A DNA stretch of 63,992 bases, the filler included, from Octopus bimaculoides (taxonomy: Eukaryota), in the NCBI RefSeq assembly GCF_001194135.2. It is 4 parts of 4 records of this genome, joined end to end, with 100 filler letters (N's around TTAATTAATTAA, not from the genome) between each part and the next. Parts side by side here need not be neighbours in the genome. Positions count along the whole stretch, not along the records: positions 56,915 to 63,992 come from NC_068983.1; 3 more parts are not named here. One strand, 5' to 3'. How positions within the stretch are numbered: position 1 is the first letter of the stretch; each line of letters starts with the position of its first letter. Under the pieces are notes generated by a model. It was not told the DNA's origin. It was given only the letters and a program-made list of their open reading frames with translations, and did not search any database. This document shows positions 62,123-63,992 of the stretch, piece by piece. Both the position numbers and the translations under genes were made by a program.

Positions 62123-63220
62123 CTTCACATGCATACACATACACACATACGCATATCCACATCGACGAACAGACATATAAGCACTCAAACACACATGCCA
62201 TTGGCCCAGATCAGGGATAAGTGGAAGATTAATTGCGAAGGCGGAAATTAAATCTTAAAGTTACAAATTAGGTGAAAGGTAATATTTATATCGATACAGG
62301 TATGTAGGTGAGGTGAGGTGTGTGTGTGTGTGTGTGTGTGTGTAAAGTAATTAACAGAAGTTACAGAGTTTCGTGGATTGGCAGCTACGAAACTAGTTAG
62401 AAATTAAAGGGTTATAAATTTATCTACCGGTGATAAAGGTATTTCCCTGAATAGTTTTGGAACAAATTATAAGAATAATTACAATGTCACATGGACAATT
62501 GCAATTTTTCATAGAGCTTGCCCGCAGCCTCGTTCAATAAATAAACAAATGACGAAAATTTAAAGATACACGCATACCTACCCTACACACACATAAATGA
62601 GAGTACCGGCGAATATAAATGCAGGATATATATATATATATATATANNNNNNNNNNNNNNNNNNNNNNNNNNNNNNNNNNNNNNNNNNNNNNNNNNNNNN
62701 NNNNNNNNNNNNNNNNNNNNNNNNNNNNNNNNNNNNNNNNNNNNNNNNNNNNNNNNNNNNNNNNNNNNNNNNNNNNNNNNNNNNNNNNNNNNNNNNNNNN
62801 NNNNNNNNNNNNNNNNNNNNNNNNNNNNNNNNNNNNNNNNNNNNNNNNNNNNNNNNNNNNNNNNNNNNNNNNNNNNNNNNNNNNNNNNNNNNNNNNNNNN
62901 NNNNNNNNNNNNNNNNNNNNNNNNNNNNNNNNNNNNNNNNNNNNNNNNNNNNNNNNNNNNNNNNNNNNNNNNNNNNNNNNNNNNNNNNNNNNNNNNNNNN
63001 NNNNNNNNNNNNNNNNNNNNNNNNNNNNNNNNNNNNNNNNNNNNNNNNNNNNNNNNNNNNNNNNNNNNNNNNNNNNNNNNNNNNNNNNNNNNNNNNNNNN
63101 NNNNNNNNNNNNNNNNNNNNNNNNNNNNNNNNNNNNNNNNNNNNNNNNNNNNNNNNNNNNNNNNNNNNNNNNNNNNNNNNNNNNNNNNNNNNNNNNNNNN
63201 NNNNNNNNNNNNNNNNNNNN

Positions 63221-63992
63221 AACTAACAGAACTCCAAAATAATGAAGATATTACGATTAAGGAAGCAGATAAAGGAAGTGCAGTTGTAATAATGGACACA
63301 TTATACTATAGAAACCTAGTAATCTCCATGCTGGATGACAATCAACACTATGAAAAAGTCACAAACTACACCCCACAAAAAATAATGAAAACCCTGTCCT
63401 CACTAATTAAAACACATGGAAATGAACTGACAACCAAGGAGATTGATTTTCTAACAAACTTCAAATGCAAGCCTAGCCTCTTCTATGGTCTGCCAAAAAT
63501 ACACAAAAGCCAGATCATAAATGAGACCATCAAAAAAAAGTCATACATACATACACCAAACCCGGGGGACCTAAAACTGCGACGCATCATAGCTGGCCCA
63601 GCCTGTGAAACACACAGACTAAGTCTATTTATGGACATCCTCCTAAAACCCTTCCTTAAACACATCAATAGCTATATCAGAGATGACTTGGATATGTTAA
63701 ATCACCTCCCAAAGAAAGTCAAGGAAGAAACAATCATGGTCTCATTTGACGTGATTAATTTATACACCAGTATACCTCATAATTATGGACTAGAGGCAAT
63801 TCAGTTCTGGCCGGATCAATTCCCGAAAGAAATCCCAAAACAGAATCAGTAAAGAATTCATTACTAAATCGGTTGAATTCATCTTACGAAACAACCACTT
63901 CATGTTTGACAATACTTTCTACCGACAAAAATCCGGAATTGCTATGGGCACTAGGGCAGCTCCAGTCATTGCGAACCTAACAATGGGTTACT
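63221..63992 (+). mobile_element. Penelope-like (Poseidon-type) reverse transcriptase, partial, runs off the window end
   Basis: IKEADKGSAVVIMD...FYGLPKIHK...LRRIIAGP...SFDVINLYTSIPH...FYRQKSGIAMGTRAAPVIANLTMG, with a frameshift near 63840. Confidence 0.93.

Overview
This is AT-rich eukaryotic DNA dense in repeats and microsatellites, with many N gaps. The repeat families look like those of an octopus/coleoid cephalopod; this is inferred from recalled motifs, not from a search. I found no intact host protein-coding gene, tRNA, rRNA or CRISPR array, and nearly all listed ORFs come from microsatellites or gaps. The content is mostly transposon fossils: several tRNA-derived SINE families, two groups of restriction-like-endonuclease (RLE) non-LTR retrotransposon 3' ends (one in (TAA)n, one between (CATA)n/(CA)n tracts), Penelope-like RT and GIY-YIG fragments, three mariner copies, an internally deleted hAT (Buster/Charlie type), hAT MITEs, a Helitron Rep-helicase remnant and non-autonomous rolling-circle elements. 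The most notable items are: an apparently intact extended type I hammerhead ribozyme at ~41.3 kb plus several minimal or decayed hammerhead motifs; a possibly (CATA)n-targeting RLE retrotransposon; a 350-bp foldback MITE with a head-to-head telomeric-repeat hairpin; a GC-rich pre-miRNA-like hairpin; a sharply CpG-depleted domain (~18.8-35.2 kb) suggesting gene-body methylation; and module swapping between SINE families. Coordinates of degenerate repeats are approximate.
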